Under the pieces are notes generated by a model. It searched no databases. It was given only the letters and a program-made list of their open reading frames with translations, and was not told where the DNA came from. A stretch of DNA of 64,000 bases, from positions 5,216,972 to 5,280,971 of the forward strand of contig NC_057758.1 in the NCBI RefSeq assembly GCF_004010195.1, given 5' to 3'. Positions within the stretch are counted from its first letter, which is position 1, and the number at the start of each line of letters is the position of its first letter. Made by a program: the position numbers and the translations under genes. Shown here in pieces: positions 24,927-38,174 of the stretch. The DNA is from Chiloscyllium plagiosum (Eukaryota).

Positions 24927-26954
24927 TAACTCTTACAACTCTAAGCTTAATTAACTAGGTTCTACTAACATTGGAGAGTCGGGTACCAGCTCTTCACGTA
25001 CCCCAGCAGGCTACTCTGATGTACTGATACAAAGTGGCTGCCTTTGTATGAAAGTTTACAAAAACATTGCATGTTCTTAATTAGACAGACAACAGAGAAA
25101 GACAATAATTCATAAGGAAGAAAATATAATTGACAGGTCTGTATCCGCTTGACTAATTACTGGTACAGGCCCTAAGCCATTCATCAGGTGAGACATTTCC
25201 ATTTTAGAAAATTCTGTCTTCCCCACTGCTCACCGACTCCCTTTTCTGCTGAACTCTGAGTTTAAAAGAGCACGTTTCCTCTTTTCCAACTCTGCTTTTC
25301 CAATCCTGGTAATTCTACAATGCTTGATAACAACATGAACCAACATTTTCCTGAGGAAAGGCCACTCAATCTAAAGCATTAACAAACATTTCTCTCCACA
25401 GATGCTACCAGACCTGCTGAGCTTTACCAACAATTTCTGTTTTTGTTTCTGATTTCAAGCATCCACAGATTGTTTAGTTTGTACAAATGATTCAGATGCC
25501 CAGTTGGTATATTCAGGTCGAGTGACCCTCCCATTCCCACAGATGCTAACTAACATGCAGAGCTTTTTTACAGCAAATTAGGCCCTGATGTTTTAGGCCC
25601 TGAATTTAACAGAGTCGTTTGTCAAGAACAGTGGGCCGTGACAGGCAAATCAGATGACTACTTTTTTCGGATACATCAGGGTATCTTCGCACAACTTATC
25701 AAATTTCCAACATTGTCTCAAAAAGTTGAAGATTCGGCTCCCACCCCATCATGGTGCTGAGACAGACGACAAAACCCTGTGCCTTTGAGAGTGATCTGTC
25801 GCCGCACAGCAGGCAGTGGGAATGGCACACGTGCACGTGCCGCGTGATCAGCTTCACCTTTCTCCAATGGGAGACCCTGGAGGACTGGAATCAAACTGGA
25901 CCACCAGCTCTCCACTCGTGCTTTAATGCGGGAGGTGGATAATGTGGCTCATTCCTGCCCACCAAAGTTGCTGCTGTAAGTCATCTTTCTGAATGACGAC
26001 TGAGCTTCATTCTGAATGAAACATCCTCCTCTGTGAAGTAACTTGTGAGCATTCGACTGTTTTTTTTCAGTTCTTTTCTCATTCCGGGTAAAATTGCTGA
26101 CTTGCATGAATTGAAAGTAAGGACGTGAATCCAGGGAAGGGGCAGATTCTGGAAAGGTTGGCCCAGGTCTCCCGTTCGGTAAAATTCGGTGACATTGTTT
26201 ACTGTTCTGAGGATGGGTCACTCGACATGAAGTATTAGTGTTGATTTCTCTGCACTGATGCTACCAGACCCGCTGAGTTTTTCCAGCAATGCCCATTTTT
26301 GTTTGTGCCATCTTTTACTCACTCAGCTTGGTACAGTTATTTAGAAGAAAGTGAGGACTGCAGGAGGTCAGAGTTGAAAGTGTTTGCTGGAACCCCTTCA
26401 TCAGGAAGACAGCACTTCCTGCTGCCCCCTTCACCAAGACCTCATCTCCCATCAACAAACCATCATCTCCCAGACTGTACACAACATTATCACCTCAGGG
26501 GATCTCCCAGCCACTGCTTCCAACCTCTTAGTTCAGGAACCCCATTCTGCCCAGTTCTACCTTCTACCAAGATTCACAAGCCTGATGAAATGCAGTGGTT
26601 AGTTGTGTTAGATTACATTAGATGATATTATTTACAATGTGGAAACAGGCCTTTCAGGTCAACACATCCACACCGACCCTCCGAAGAGTAACTCACCTAG
26701 ATCCATTCCCCAACCCCTATATTTAGCCCTGACTAATGCACATAACACTATGGGCTGCTCAGGCTTATGATCAAAATGTAACTGGACAATGAGAAAACCT
26801 GGTTTGTGTTTAAAAATGTCGCTGCAACCGCCTGTGTCAGACTCGTTCCCCCCATCCACCCCCCACCCTGCTGAGCGACTATCCTTGCATGCGAGTAACA
26901 AAGAATACGTTGCGCAGCATACAGCCATCTGACTGGTTGTTTCTACCACATACA

Positions 26955-27565
26955 CTTTCCTTTATTGGTCAGAGTATTGAGTACAGGAGTTGGGAGGTCA
27001 TTTTGCGGCTGTACAGGACACTGGTTAGGCAACTGTTGAAATATTGCGTGCAATTCTGGTCTCCTTCCTATCGGAAAGATGTTATGAAACTTGAAAGGTT
27101 TCAGAAAAGATTTACAAGGATGTTGCCACGGTTGGAGGATCTGAAATACAGGGAACGGCTGAACAGGCTGGGGCTGTTTTCCCTGGAACGTCAGAGGCTG
27201 GGCGTTTACAAAATTATGAGGGGCATGGATAGGATAAATAGGCAAAGTCTTTTCTCTGAGGTCAGGGAGTCAAGAACTGGAGAGCATAGGTTTAGAGTGA
27301 GAGGGGAAAGATATAAAAGAGACCAAAAGAACAACTTCTTCACGCAGAGGGTGGTACGTGTATGGAATGAGCTGCCCGAGGAAGTGGTGGAGGCTGGTAC
27401 AGCTGCAACATTTAAGAGGCATTTGGATGGGTATATGAATAGACAGGGTTTGGAGGGATATGGGCCGGGTGCTGGCAGGTGGGACTAGATTGGGTTGGGA
27501 TGTCTGGTCGGCATGAACGGGTTGGACCAAAGGGTCTTTTTCCATGCAGTACATCTCTATGACTC
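26955..27565 (+). mobile_element. Relatively young CR1 LINE 3' end
   Basis: ORF 26889-27488 encodes the CR1 ORF2 C-terminus (RLYRTLVR..YCVQFWSP..VWNELP). Confidence 0.95.
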
Positions 27566-29084
27566 TTTGACCTTCCAGATCAGGTACAATGGTCTGAAAC
27601 CAACTATGGATGGACTTTGGAGAGGAGACGATGTATAGATTGGGACTGCGCTTTTTGGAACATGGAAGTAATACGTGGTATCATACGTTACATTATGGAA
27701 ATCGACAAGATTACTCAGAGATTGGACAGAGCAGCTATCTAAAGGTTGCTTCCAATTGCACACTTGGTGTTTAGGACCAATCTGTAATGCAAAAATATTT
27801 GGTCATTTATTTAAGACAGAGATGAGGAACAATTTCTTCTCAAGCATAGTGAATCTGGAATTCTTATCACCAAAGATATTGAGGATGGCTTATTAAGAAT
27901 ACTGAAGGCTGAAGTAAATAGCTTTATAATCTTTAAAGCAATCATAGATTTTGGAAAAAAGCAGGGTAGTGGAGTTGAGGATAATCAGATCAGTGGGGAG
28001 TTTGTTGAATACCTGACCAGACTTGATGGGCTGAATGCTTCTGCACCATAGCCATTATTGTCTGTACTCAGATTGCATTGAAATTAGACTCTGGACATTG
28101 CTCATTAATCACATGAATCCACCAGAGGAAAATAATTTTGCGGGCTGTTTGCTGTTTTGACAAGTTTGGGCAGAGAGCAATGGTTCAGAATTTGCTCCTG
28201 TGAGTAAAATCTCCTCGACATTTGGAATCCTGCTCAGCTTGGAAATCTTTCAAATAAAAGAAAACAAAAACACCTAATCCGCGAACGGACAGTGCAGAAG
28301 GTGCAAACCTACCTGCAGAATCTCAAGTTCAAAGCTTCTGACAGAATACACAAAGGCGTAAGCAACTGTGCGTGAATAACATTAAATGTACCTGAAACGA
28401 TACAGAATAGAACAGGCAATGACCAGGTCATAAAGTGCATTTAAACCACAGCATGATGTTAAAGCATTAAAGTGTTTAAAATAAAATTTAAACATCTGGA
28501 TCGAGAAATTTGGTGGTGTTACAGAGAGTTAAGTAATTTTTATTCTGAATGGGGATTATGAACTACAACTACTGGAAGATTGCAAATTGTACAAAAATCA
28601 GACCAAACAAGAATTCGAATTGTTACCTTGAACATAAAAATGCAGTATATTAATATCACCAATGCATCCAACTATGCACTGCTGGCTGGTCTTTCGACAG
28701 ATAAACTGTTTTATTTAGTCATTTCTGACAACACAGACATTAGAGCATTTGCAGACAAATCTTCTCCAATCAAAAACAAAATCTGGAGAGAAATCAACTT
28801 AAATTCCATTGGGCATTGGCATACTTTCGGATGCACTCCTGAAGCACGTTAATAAACTTTCAAGGTTTTATCAGGTAAGGGAAATGCTGAGGTGTAAAAG
28901 TAAAACTGAATTCAAAACATTACATTGATGTTTCTGACTATGTCAAGTTAGGACGTCTTCATCTTTAATTTCTCCTTTACACAATACCCTTTGTTTCTGT
29001 TAAACAATGTAAAATGTGATGGCGTGCATCGTTCAATTACTTACTGGCAGCTTTAAAGTTTCTTTAATCATTCACTGTCCTAAC

Positions 29085-29584
29085 NNNNNNNNNNNNNNNN
29101 NNNNNNNNNNNNNNNNNNNNNNNNNNNNNNNNNNNNNNNNNNNNNNNNNNNNNNNNNNNNNNNNNNNNNNNNNNNNNNNNNNNNNNNNNNNNNNNNNNNN
29201 NNNNNNNNNNNNNNNNNNNNNNNNNNNNNNNNNNNNNNNNNNNNNNNNNNNNNNNNNNNNNNNNNNNNNNNNNNNNNNNNNNNNNNNNNNNNNNNNNNNN
29301 NNNNNNNNNNNNNNNNNNNNNNNNNNNNNNNNNNNNNNNNNNNNNNNNNNNNNNNNNNNNNNNNNNNNNNNNNNNNNNNNNNNNNNNNNNNNNNNNNNNN
29401 NNNNNNNNNNNNNNNNNNNNNNNNNNNNNNNNNNNNNNNNNNNNNNNNNNNNNNNNNNNNNNNNNNNNNNNNNNNNNNNNNNNNNNNNNNNNNNNNNNNN
29501 NNNNNNNNNNNNNNNNNNNNNNNNNNNNNNNNNNNNNNNNNNNNNNNNNNNNNNNNNNNNNNNNNNNNNNNNNNNNNNNNNNNN
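29085..29584. other. Assembly gap (500 N)
   Basis: Run of N; the round number suggests a placeholder length. Confidence 1.
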
Positions 29585-29589
29585 GCTAA

Positions 29590-31420
29590 CCACATTTCCG
29601 TGCATTTGACTCACATCCTTCTAAAACTTTCACATCCATTCATTTGTCCAAATGCCTCTTAAATGTTGTTAAGGTATCCATCTCAACCACTTCTGCTGGT
29701 AACTCATTGCGGATGTGTACCACCCTCTGTGTACAAGAGTTTCCCCTCAAGTTCCTTTTTATTCTTTCCTCCATTAACTTAAACTGATGCCTATAGTCTT
29801 CGATTCCCCAAACCTGCTAAAAAGACTGAACGCATTTACCGTTCCATGCCTTAACTGATCTCACACACTTCTACAAGTTTCGCTCTCAATCTCCTATACT
29901 CTAAAGAGGTAAACCCGAGCTTGTCCAACCTCTCCGTATAACTCAGATCGTTTGGTCTTGGCAACATGCTTCTCAGTTTCTACAGTACTCTTTCTCGTTT
30001 AATAACATCCTTCCACTCACAAGGTGGCCCATACAGAACACAGTAGTCCACGTGCAGCCTCACCAACATTTTTTGAAACTGTAACATAACTTCCCAACTT
30101 CTTTACTCTATACCCTGACTGACGAAAGCCTTCTTCACTGCCCTGTCTCTCTGTGACCCCACTTTCAAAGAACCATGTTCTTGAACTCGTAGGTTTCTCT
30201 GTTCCACCGCACTCCTTAAGGCCCTCCCATTCACCATGAAATTCCGACCTTGATTTGACATTCCAAAATGCAGGACCTAATACTTATCTATACTAAACTC
30301 CATTTGCCATTTCTCTTTCCACTTCCCCAGCTGATCAAGGTCCTGCTGCAATTTCTGATAATCTTCTTCACTGTTCACGATAACGCTTGTTTTGGTACCA
30401 TTTGCTAACTCACTCATTTTGACCGCCCTCCCCTCATCAACTTTGCTGGTCACTTAATCAAAGAACGCTAACAAACTAAGAGGCATGATCTCCCACACGC
30501 AAAACCATGCTGAGTATTCTTAATTATACCCTGCCTGTCCAAATTGATGTTTGTCTTATCTCGCGGAACCTTCTTAAGTAACTTACCTACCACACATCTC
30601 AGGCTTGCTAGTCAATAGTTCTCAGGATTTTCTTTGCAGCCATACTCGATTGAGGGCACAGCATTCGCTCTCCTCCTGTCTTACAAGAACTCACGCATGG
30701 CGAACGATGATTCAAGAATACTGCCTAGGGTCCCCGCAATGTCTTCTCTGGATTCCTGCAGTGTAATTGGATATATCTGATCAGGGTGGGGAGAGTTATC
30801 CACCTTCTTACATTCTAATATAATCAACACCTCCTCTAATTTGATATGGACTGTCCCTAAGACATGAACACTACCTTTCTCAAGTTCCCAACTTTTCATG
30901 TCTTTCTTCACAGTAAGTACAGAGTAGAAATATTTATTGAGGACCTCGCCCATCTTCTGTGGTTTTACGTATGCATGTAAACTTAGGCCCTTTCGGGGAC
31001 CTTTTCAACCACAGTGTGGATTTGTATTCAACGGGGTTTAGTAAGATGAGGTAGTATTTACTTGAAACATACAGAATACTGAATGGCCTGAAAAACGCAG
31101 ATGTTGGGAAGATGCTTGCATTGGTAGGGGAGACTCGGAACCGAGGGCATAGGATTAGAGTAAACAGAAGACCTTTTGGAATGGAGATAAGGAGAAGCTT
31201 CGCGAGCCAGAGAGCGATGAATCTATGGAATTTACTGCCACAGAGGCAGGGGAGACCATGTCATTTAAGACTTTGATAGATAGGTTCTTGAATATCAAGG
31301 GGATCAATGGTTATGGGAAGGAAGCAGGAGAATGTGTTTGAGAAACCTATCAGACATTATTGAATAGCAGAGCAGTCTCGTTGGGCTGATGGCGAATTTC
31401 TGCACGTGTGTATAATGGTC
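29590..31420. mobile_element. Decayed CR1 fragments: minus about 29590-30990, plus about 31020-31420
   Basis: MGEVLNKYF.SV.T and DNSP.PDQIYP motifs; CR1 3' UTRs. Confidence 0.85.
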
Positions 31421-31780
31421 TTTCTGCCTTCAGTCGCATGTTGTTCTGCATTTTCTCTTCTAAGTGCAGTTTCACAGTCAGAAATTCCATGCATTATTGG
31501 TTTATCATGTCTTTGATCTGCTGATCATTTGTGTCAACCAATCTTGTAATTTCCTTGTTAAGTGACCAACCACGTTTCTGCGGACATTGATGACCAGTGG
31601 TTGTGTGAAACTTACAAGCTTGAGTTATCGAAGATTGCAAGGCTTGGAGGGAGTAACTGGTGATCGGGGTCTTCAATGTTGAACTTCTCAGGGCACTGAT
31701 TCTATTTTTCCGCTCTGCGCCGGGGCCAAATTAATGTTGACCCTCGTTCGGACCAGGTGATAGTCCTTGCAGTAGTCATC
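31421..31780 (-). mobile_element. RTE-clade LINE fragment
   Basis: Translation ...D.NDQQIKDMIN...RLKAE resembles the RTE linker motif WFDEND.EI..LI...RLKAE. Confidence 0.55.
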
Positions 31781-31829
31781 GACTCCTATCCCAGATATCC
31801 TAGATTCATCTTCTTCCATTTGTCGGCAC

Positions 31830-33300
31830 TTGACCCTTATCCCTCTAAACCCTTAACATTCATATTCCCATCCAGATCCTGTTCAAATATTGTCTTTGTA
31901 CCAGCCTCCACCACTTCATCTGGCAGCTAATTCCATATGCCCACCACCCTCTATGTGAAAAAGGTTACTCCATTGGTCCCTTCTAAATCTTTCCACTTTC
32001 ACTTTAAAGGGATGCCCTCTAGCCTGGAATCCCTAACCCCAACTTAACTATTTAGCCATGATTTTATAAACCTCTATGAGGTCACCCCTCTGCCTCCGAT
32101 GCTCCAGCGAAAACAGACCCTGCCTATTCAGTCAATTGGGAGGAAGCGGAGAAGACAGGAAGGAGAGCGGGGCTGTGGCCATTGTGCCTGTTGTGTGTTG
32201 GTCACTCTCGCTCTGTGATCCAATCTCTCACACACTCGTTCCATTGACACTCAACAAACACGTGCAGGAGATACCGGGGCAGTGGTCTGGCATACAAACC
32301 AGAGTGGGGTGAATTATCCACTGCTGTTGGTCTCCCTGTGTCCTTTCAGATGTTGTTACCACCGCTGTGGTAATTGCCATGTTGTCCAGGACAATCGCAC
32401 TGGCAATAGGAATCTCACAGGAAAGTTTGTGGAATGTCTAAATTGTCAGTGTTTCTTTGAACAAATTATTGTGCGATTGACGAGGGATGTGTGTATCATA
32501 GATTCCAGCATTATGTCAACAGACCGAGCAAGTGCGTAACATCAGTAAAAGATCCTCAGTTAAATCGCGGTAAAATGGAAATCAAATGGTTTATGGAGTT
32601 TTGCAGTGACCTCTCGATGTACAACTAACAATCTAAACTTGAAACTAAGCAAATTACATGTGCCTGAGAGGTGATGAGAGCAACGGTAAATTGGTAAACA
32701 GACTGAAATGCATTGTGTTAAAGTGACAGTCAGAAAATATTCATCCTAAGGACATTGCAAGAACGTTCGAGTTCAGGTGCATGGTTCTCTAAAAGTGGAG
32801 TCACAGGGGGACAGATCAGTGAAAAAGTTGTTGTCAAACTGGCTTTCATTATCAGTCAGGGTATTAAGTGAAGAAGTTGGGAAGTTACGTTGCAGTTTTA
32901 CAGGACATCGGTGAGGCTACACTTGGAGCATTGTGTTTAATTTTGCTACAGGAAGGATGTTCTTTAACTGGAAAGAGTGCAGTGGAAATTTACAAGGATG
33001 TTGCCAGGACTCAAGCGTCTGAGTTGCAGAGAGAGGTGGGAAAAAGTAGGAGTAGTTTTCTTTCCAACGTAGGACACTGAGGGAGGATCTTACAAAAGTG
33101 GATAAAATAAAAAAAAATGGTTAGGGTGAATGCATTCTGCCTTATTTCCACATTAGCGGAATCAAGGATTAGTAGATATCAGTTTACTGTTAGAGAGGAA
33201 AAAAATAAAAGGTGCAACTGATTTACACAGATGTTGTTATGCATATGGAATCAGCTGCCATCGCAAGTGGTTGAAATGGGTGCATGAACAACTTTTAAAA
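31830..33300. mobile_element. CR1 fragments (minus about 31830-32130; plus about 32340-33300)
   Basis: CR1 3' end sequence; GKFVECL..CF.EQ; LYRT.VR..LE motifs. Confidence 0.75.
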
Positions 33301-34985
33301 AGCCAAAGGCCCTCTATCAGTCCTATAGAACTCTATCAATTCCAATCTGCGAGGAATAGAGATATATGGGGTAAGAGAGATTCTCACGGGGTAAGAGAAA
33401 AGTAGACCTCATTGAACATAATAAAGATTACCACAGGGTATAAAGGAAACCCATGAATGGGAAAGAGATGTAAACAAGCTCAGAAAATTTAACTACCATA
33501 GAGTGAAATCAGTGAGTTGGTGTGTTAGAAAAAGCACAGGGAAGATGGAGGTTGAGAAACAGGATAAGCCAGTGAATTGTGTTAAAGTGGTAAAGGAAAG
33601 GAGACTGAAGACTCAAAAGCTGAACCAGGATGTACAATCTGGGCGGTGGTTGGTTGAGAAGGAAGTTTCAAATCTTCTCAACGATCTACTTGGGAGGGTA
33701 GATACCAGGAGCAGCAGGCAAAGAATTTGCAGTTTTAAGAGATAGGAGATTATTTCAGTCATTGCTATTGGGAATGAGCGATCTGCCTGAGAATTTTTGC
33801 GAACGGAGCTACACTGTTTGTGTTACTTCCAGTGATCGGCGAATGTTTAAAAGCAAGGTTTAGTGACCTTCATTAAAATAATAGACGATTGGGTGAGGTG
33901 AATTGTTTGATTAGAACTCCAGATAGAAAGGAATTTCAGAGACTGAGCCAAATGAATATGCTGAAAGGTATTTTGACCAGGACGGAACTGGTTGTGAAAC
34001 AGAAAGAAGAACCAAGTTCAGAGAATTCTCAATTGGACATTCCTCAAATTGAATTGGACAATGAGGAAGTTCTCAAAAATTTAAATAAATTATTAAGTTA
34101 TCTTCCAGAGAAAAATCGAAAGGATCCGAAAGAGGTCTTACTATCACATGGGAGATATGTGGGAATAAGATGGCAAGTACTAAATTAATTATGCATGATG
34201 TAGATACAATAAATGCTATTCCAATATAGCAACATCCATATGGATATAAACCTCTAAATTTGGCACAGGGATTGAACGCTTCCTCAAATACAATATAATC
34301 GAAATGAATTGCAACGACTGGAGCTTAGCCATATTTACACGTGCCAAAATCATATGGCACCCAAACATTATGTGTGGGCGACCACAAAGTCAGTATGGTT
34401 GCACAGTCTGATTCATATCTGGTTCCATATTTGGAAGACTGTACTGAAAAGGTGGTGCAAGCAACTTATATTTCTAAGTTGGACCTACACAGACAAAATT
34501 GGAAGGTACCTTTATCCAAAACAAGGAAGACAATTTTAGCTTTCATAATATACATCAACGACCTGGAGATTTCTAGTCACATATGGAAGGAACATTTTCA
34601 GCAGGTACTGGGATTCTCCGAGCGACTTCAGGAGCCAGGCCTGATGATAAAACTGGCTCAGAGTATTTTCACCAAAGTCCAAGTCACATTTCTGAGCCAC
34701 GATATTGGACACGGACTGTTGGCCTCATAGGATGCAAAAACAAAGGAGTTTCCCATAGTGAGGATTTCCCCATACCATCCATGAAGAGAGGAGTACTACA
34801 ATTCTTGGGTTTGGGTGGCCTTTATCAGAAATTTGTAACAATGTTTAACAGTGTGGTTGATCCACTTCCTGACATATTGAAGAAGTGCAGAAAATGTCAG
34901 TGGACAGCAGACTTTCAGAATGTGTTTGTCATGCCTCAAACCTATCTTCACTACTGCCCCAGTATTAGCCACAACTAATTACACA
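33300..34985 (+). mobile_element. Decayed Ty3/gypsy internal region with integrase C-terminus upstream of RT (Gmr1-like)
   Basis: VN.LIRTPDRK..RL..MNMLK (33889-33970) precedes P.LEDC.EKV..ATYISKLDL..W.VPL, YINDL, VTFLSH and FLGL.GLY.KFV. Confidence 0.8.
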
Positions 34986-34994
34986 AAGCTAGTG

Positions 34995-36075
34995 TTGGAC
35001 AAGGATTTTGACAAAACTCACCTCCACAGACATGTTCAACTGTCATTTTTTTCTGTCGCAACCTTCACTACAGCTCTTCCAACTGCACGTCTTCCATTGA
35101 TTGTATACCCTTCTCCTTCACCTGCATCACATATGTTTGAATAAGGCCACTTTCCAGAACAATGGTGCTGACATGGATTCCCTTTGTACAGCCCACTGTA
35201 GTTGACAGGACCCTCAACTGCACGCGAACTATGACCAGTGCTTCCACCCTTGCCCCTTCCCATCACTCACAGCAGCATGATTGGTTTCCCCGTTCCTCTC
35301 ATTTCATCCCACCAGCCTCTGAATTGAAGGAATCATTCTCTGCCATTCCAAACAACTCCAGCAAAACGCCACGCCCTGCCTCCCCCATCTGCAATTTGCA
35401 GTGTCCTCTGGACACCCTAGTCCATGACACGACCGGAAACAGCACCCCTCGTCCTCTGGCACCTTCCCATTTGACTGCAGAAGACGCAACACCTGCCCCT
35501 TCACCTCCTCCCTGTCCACCATCCAAGGGCCTAAACAAAGGTCTTTTCAGGTGAAGCAGCATTTCACCTGCACCACCTCCAACCTTGCGTTTTGTATTCA
35601 CCTCAACTAGGCAGAGGTGAGTACTACTGTTGGTGGAGCTTAGAGTCAAGATTAGAGTGGTGTTGGAAAACTACAGCAGGTCAGACAGCATCTGAGGAGA
35701 AGGAGAATCGATGTTTCAGGCAAGACCCTTCATCAGAAATGAGGCTATCCGGAATGTCCTCGTTACTGATGAATGCCTTTTGCCCCAAAACGTCGATTTG
35801 CCTGCTCGTTGGATGTGGCCTGACCTGCTGTGCTTTTCCTTCACCGCAGCCAACACAATGTAGCCGACTCTACCTTTGAGAAACCGAATGTAGCCTTAGT
35901 GACGGCTTTGCCGAACACTTTTGGCCTGTGCGCCAGACACCAGTCATATTAACACAGTGTTGCCCTGATCACATGCCGACTCATCTGTTCTCAGCATATT
36001 GCAATCAGTATTCCCGTGAATCACAGCACAAATTATGGGAACAACATCCCACTTTGAGACTAGGCATCTTATAGC
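34995..36075 (+). mobile_element. Penelope-like RT/GIY-YIG remnant with nested inverted short Penelope-derived ends (about 35640-35875)
   Basis: FTCT.SNL.FVF..N and YLGETECSLSDGFAEH-like motifs; hammerhead-like CTGATGAAGGG..GAAAC at 35706-35738 (minus). Confidence 0.7.
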
Positions 36076-36099
36076 CTTCTGGAATTAATATTTCTTTTA

Positions 36100-36420
36100 G
36101 TGGTGCCAAGGTGGCTGAGTGGTTAGCAATGCTGCCTCACAGCACTCGGGACTAGGATTCAATTCCATACCTGTGTCGATTCTCCACATCCTTTCCTTTC
36201 CTGCACAGGCTTCCTCCCACAGGACAAAGGATTAAACCTGTGATGGATTGGCCATGTTCAATTGTCAATTGTGAATAGGGATTTGCCATGGATTAGCCAT
36301 GGGAAACACAAGGCTATAGTGATAGTCTACTAGTGTGAGTCTGCGTGGGACGTTCTTTGGAGAGTTAGTCTGGACTTTAGGGCCAAACAACCTGTTTCCA
36401 CACTGTAGTGATTCTAAATT
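36100..36420 (+). mobile_element. tRNA-derived SINE, degraded
   Basis: GGTGGCTGAGTGGTTAGCAATGCTGCCTCACAG head; CCTGTTTCCACACTGTAG tail. Confidence 0.75.
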
Positions 36421-36479
36421 TTTTACTTGTTGCATCTTTCCATGTCTTCCTTTTCGTTTAATGTTACTTTTTACATGCT

Positions 36480-37110
36480 TTGGAGATGCCGGTGTTGGAG
36501 TGGTGAGTACAAAGTTAACAATCACACAACGCCAGGTCATAGCTCAACTGGTTTATTTGGAAGCACTAGCTTTCTGAGCGCTGCTCCTTCATCCAGTGAT
36601 TGTGGAGTACATAACTGTAAGACACAGAATTTATACCAAAGTTTTACAGTGTGATGCAACTGAAATTATACATTGAAAAATACCTTAATTGTTTGCTCGT
36701 CTCCCATCTGTAAGAATGACCATGTTAGTTTCACTTATTTCAGATGTAAATTACAAAACTTTTTTTTTTTTTTAAGTTGCAATGTTTTTAAAGTCAACAC
36801 ATTATCTGGGCGGTCACCAACTGTTTAAGTTAACCTGAGAATGTAAATTGTTCAAAAATGTTTTGTGATTTATGTCTGAAAGAAGTGAAACTAACATGGT
36901 CATTCGAGCAGATGAGAGAGTTAACAAACAATGAAAGCATTTTTTAATGTGTAATTTCAGTTACGTCACACTGTAAATCTTTGCAATAAATTATATGTCT
37001 TACAATTGTGTAGTTAACAACCACCTGATGAGAGAGCAGAACTCCGAATGCTAGTGCCTCCAACTAAACCTGTTGGACTATAACCTGGTGTTGTGTGATT
37101 TTTAACTTTT
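36480..37110. mobile_element. Penelope terminal fragments as an inverted pair
   Basis: 36520-36780 is mirrored by 36850-37110; degenerate hammerhead cores at both ends. Confidence 0.85.
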
Positions 37111-37949
37111 TCCATGCTAATGTTTACATGTCCTCTCCCCCGACCCCAACCCGAGTAGGATAGGTCTGGCTGGTAGGCACGCCATTGATTTGGCACACGA
37201 TTGTTTTGTCATTCTAACTTTCTGGATCACTTAATCTGAACTAAGAACATATTTCCTTCACCACCACTCCCCTCCCTTCCCCACATGTAGGACAAATATT
37301 GTCCTGACCACATTTCACTTCAGCTTTGATAAAGAGTCACCGGTATTGGAAACATTAGCTTGTTCTCTCCATGGATACTGCCTGACCCGTTTGAGTCCTG
37401 AAGGTTTATACCCGAAATGTCGACTTCTCCACCTCATGGTGCTGCCTGGCCTGCTCTACTCTTTCAGCCTCCTGCTTGCCCACCTTGGATTCCAGCATCT
37501 GCAGTTTTCTTTTCCTCCAACTACTGCGATCTCCAACATTTGTGGTTTTCAATCTTTTCTCACCCCATCATCCTCAAGTATTGTAATGGTCAATCTGCAC
37601 TGTTCACGTCTCACCTATTCTTGTTCCAATTGGAGGAGACGTGGACCACGGCCTCTCATTATTATCCATTGGTCCTGAACAAGGAGTGGCGCGCATTGCT
37701 ATTGAACTGTCCGCCTGTCCCTCACCGCCCTCGTACCCAACCAGTGGTGTTCCTGCCTGTCCATCAAGGAAAACACAGTGAATTGGCAGAGGGGCAGCTC
37801 TGAATCAGTTGCCCAACTTGCCCTGAGCTTACTTCATTGGATGGCCTGCTCGCTGAGTGCCTTCTCCCTTGGCCCAACCAGTGAATGCTCACATATCATA
37901 TCCCACACCTCTTCATTCAGAGCTCAATATGTTCCCTATTATCCCTAAC

Positions 37950-38172
37950 TTGGAGATGCCTGTGTTGGACTGGGGTGTACAAAGTTAAAAAGTCACACAA
38001 AACCACGTTATGGTCCAACATGTTTATTTGGTAGAACGAGCTTTTAGAGCTCTACTCCTTCATCAGGTGGCTGTCAGGTCCACAACCACCTGATGAATGA
38101 GCAGTGCTCCAGATGTTAGTGTTTCTAAGTAAACCTGTTGGACCATAACCTGGTGTTGCGTGATTTTTAGTT
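37950..38172. mobile_element. Short inverted pair of Penelope termini
   Basis: 37980-38072 is mirrored by 38081-38172. Confidence 0.8.
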
Positions 38173-38174
38173 TT

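Larger units (their letters stand above)
9954..29084 (+). repeat. Left arm of a large inverted segmental duplication
   Basis: Reverse complement of 64000-38832: 9954 pairs with 64000, 25194 with 49094, 25195 with about 42788, 29084 with 38832. Same nested TE insertions in mirror order. Confidence 0.97.

Noticed and set aside
11040..26170. Inverted similarity of 11040-11370 and 25840-26170 as TIRs of a giant DNA transposon
   Set aside because: Homology extends kilobases outward rather than inward, and no transposase or polymerase lies between; ancient inverted duplication explains it.
26889..27488. 199-aa ORF (and the 233-aa ORF at 40277-40978) as host genes
   Set aside because: They are CR1 ORF2 C-terminal fragments of 5'-truncated LINEs.
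29016..29614. Long ORFs of 171-197 aa
   Set aside because: Artefacts of translating through the N gap.
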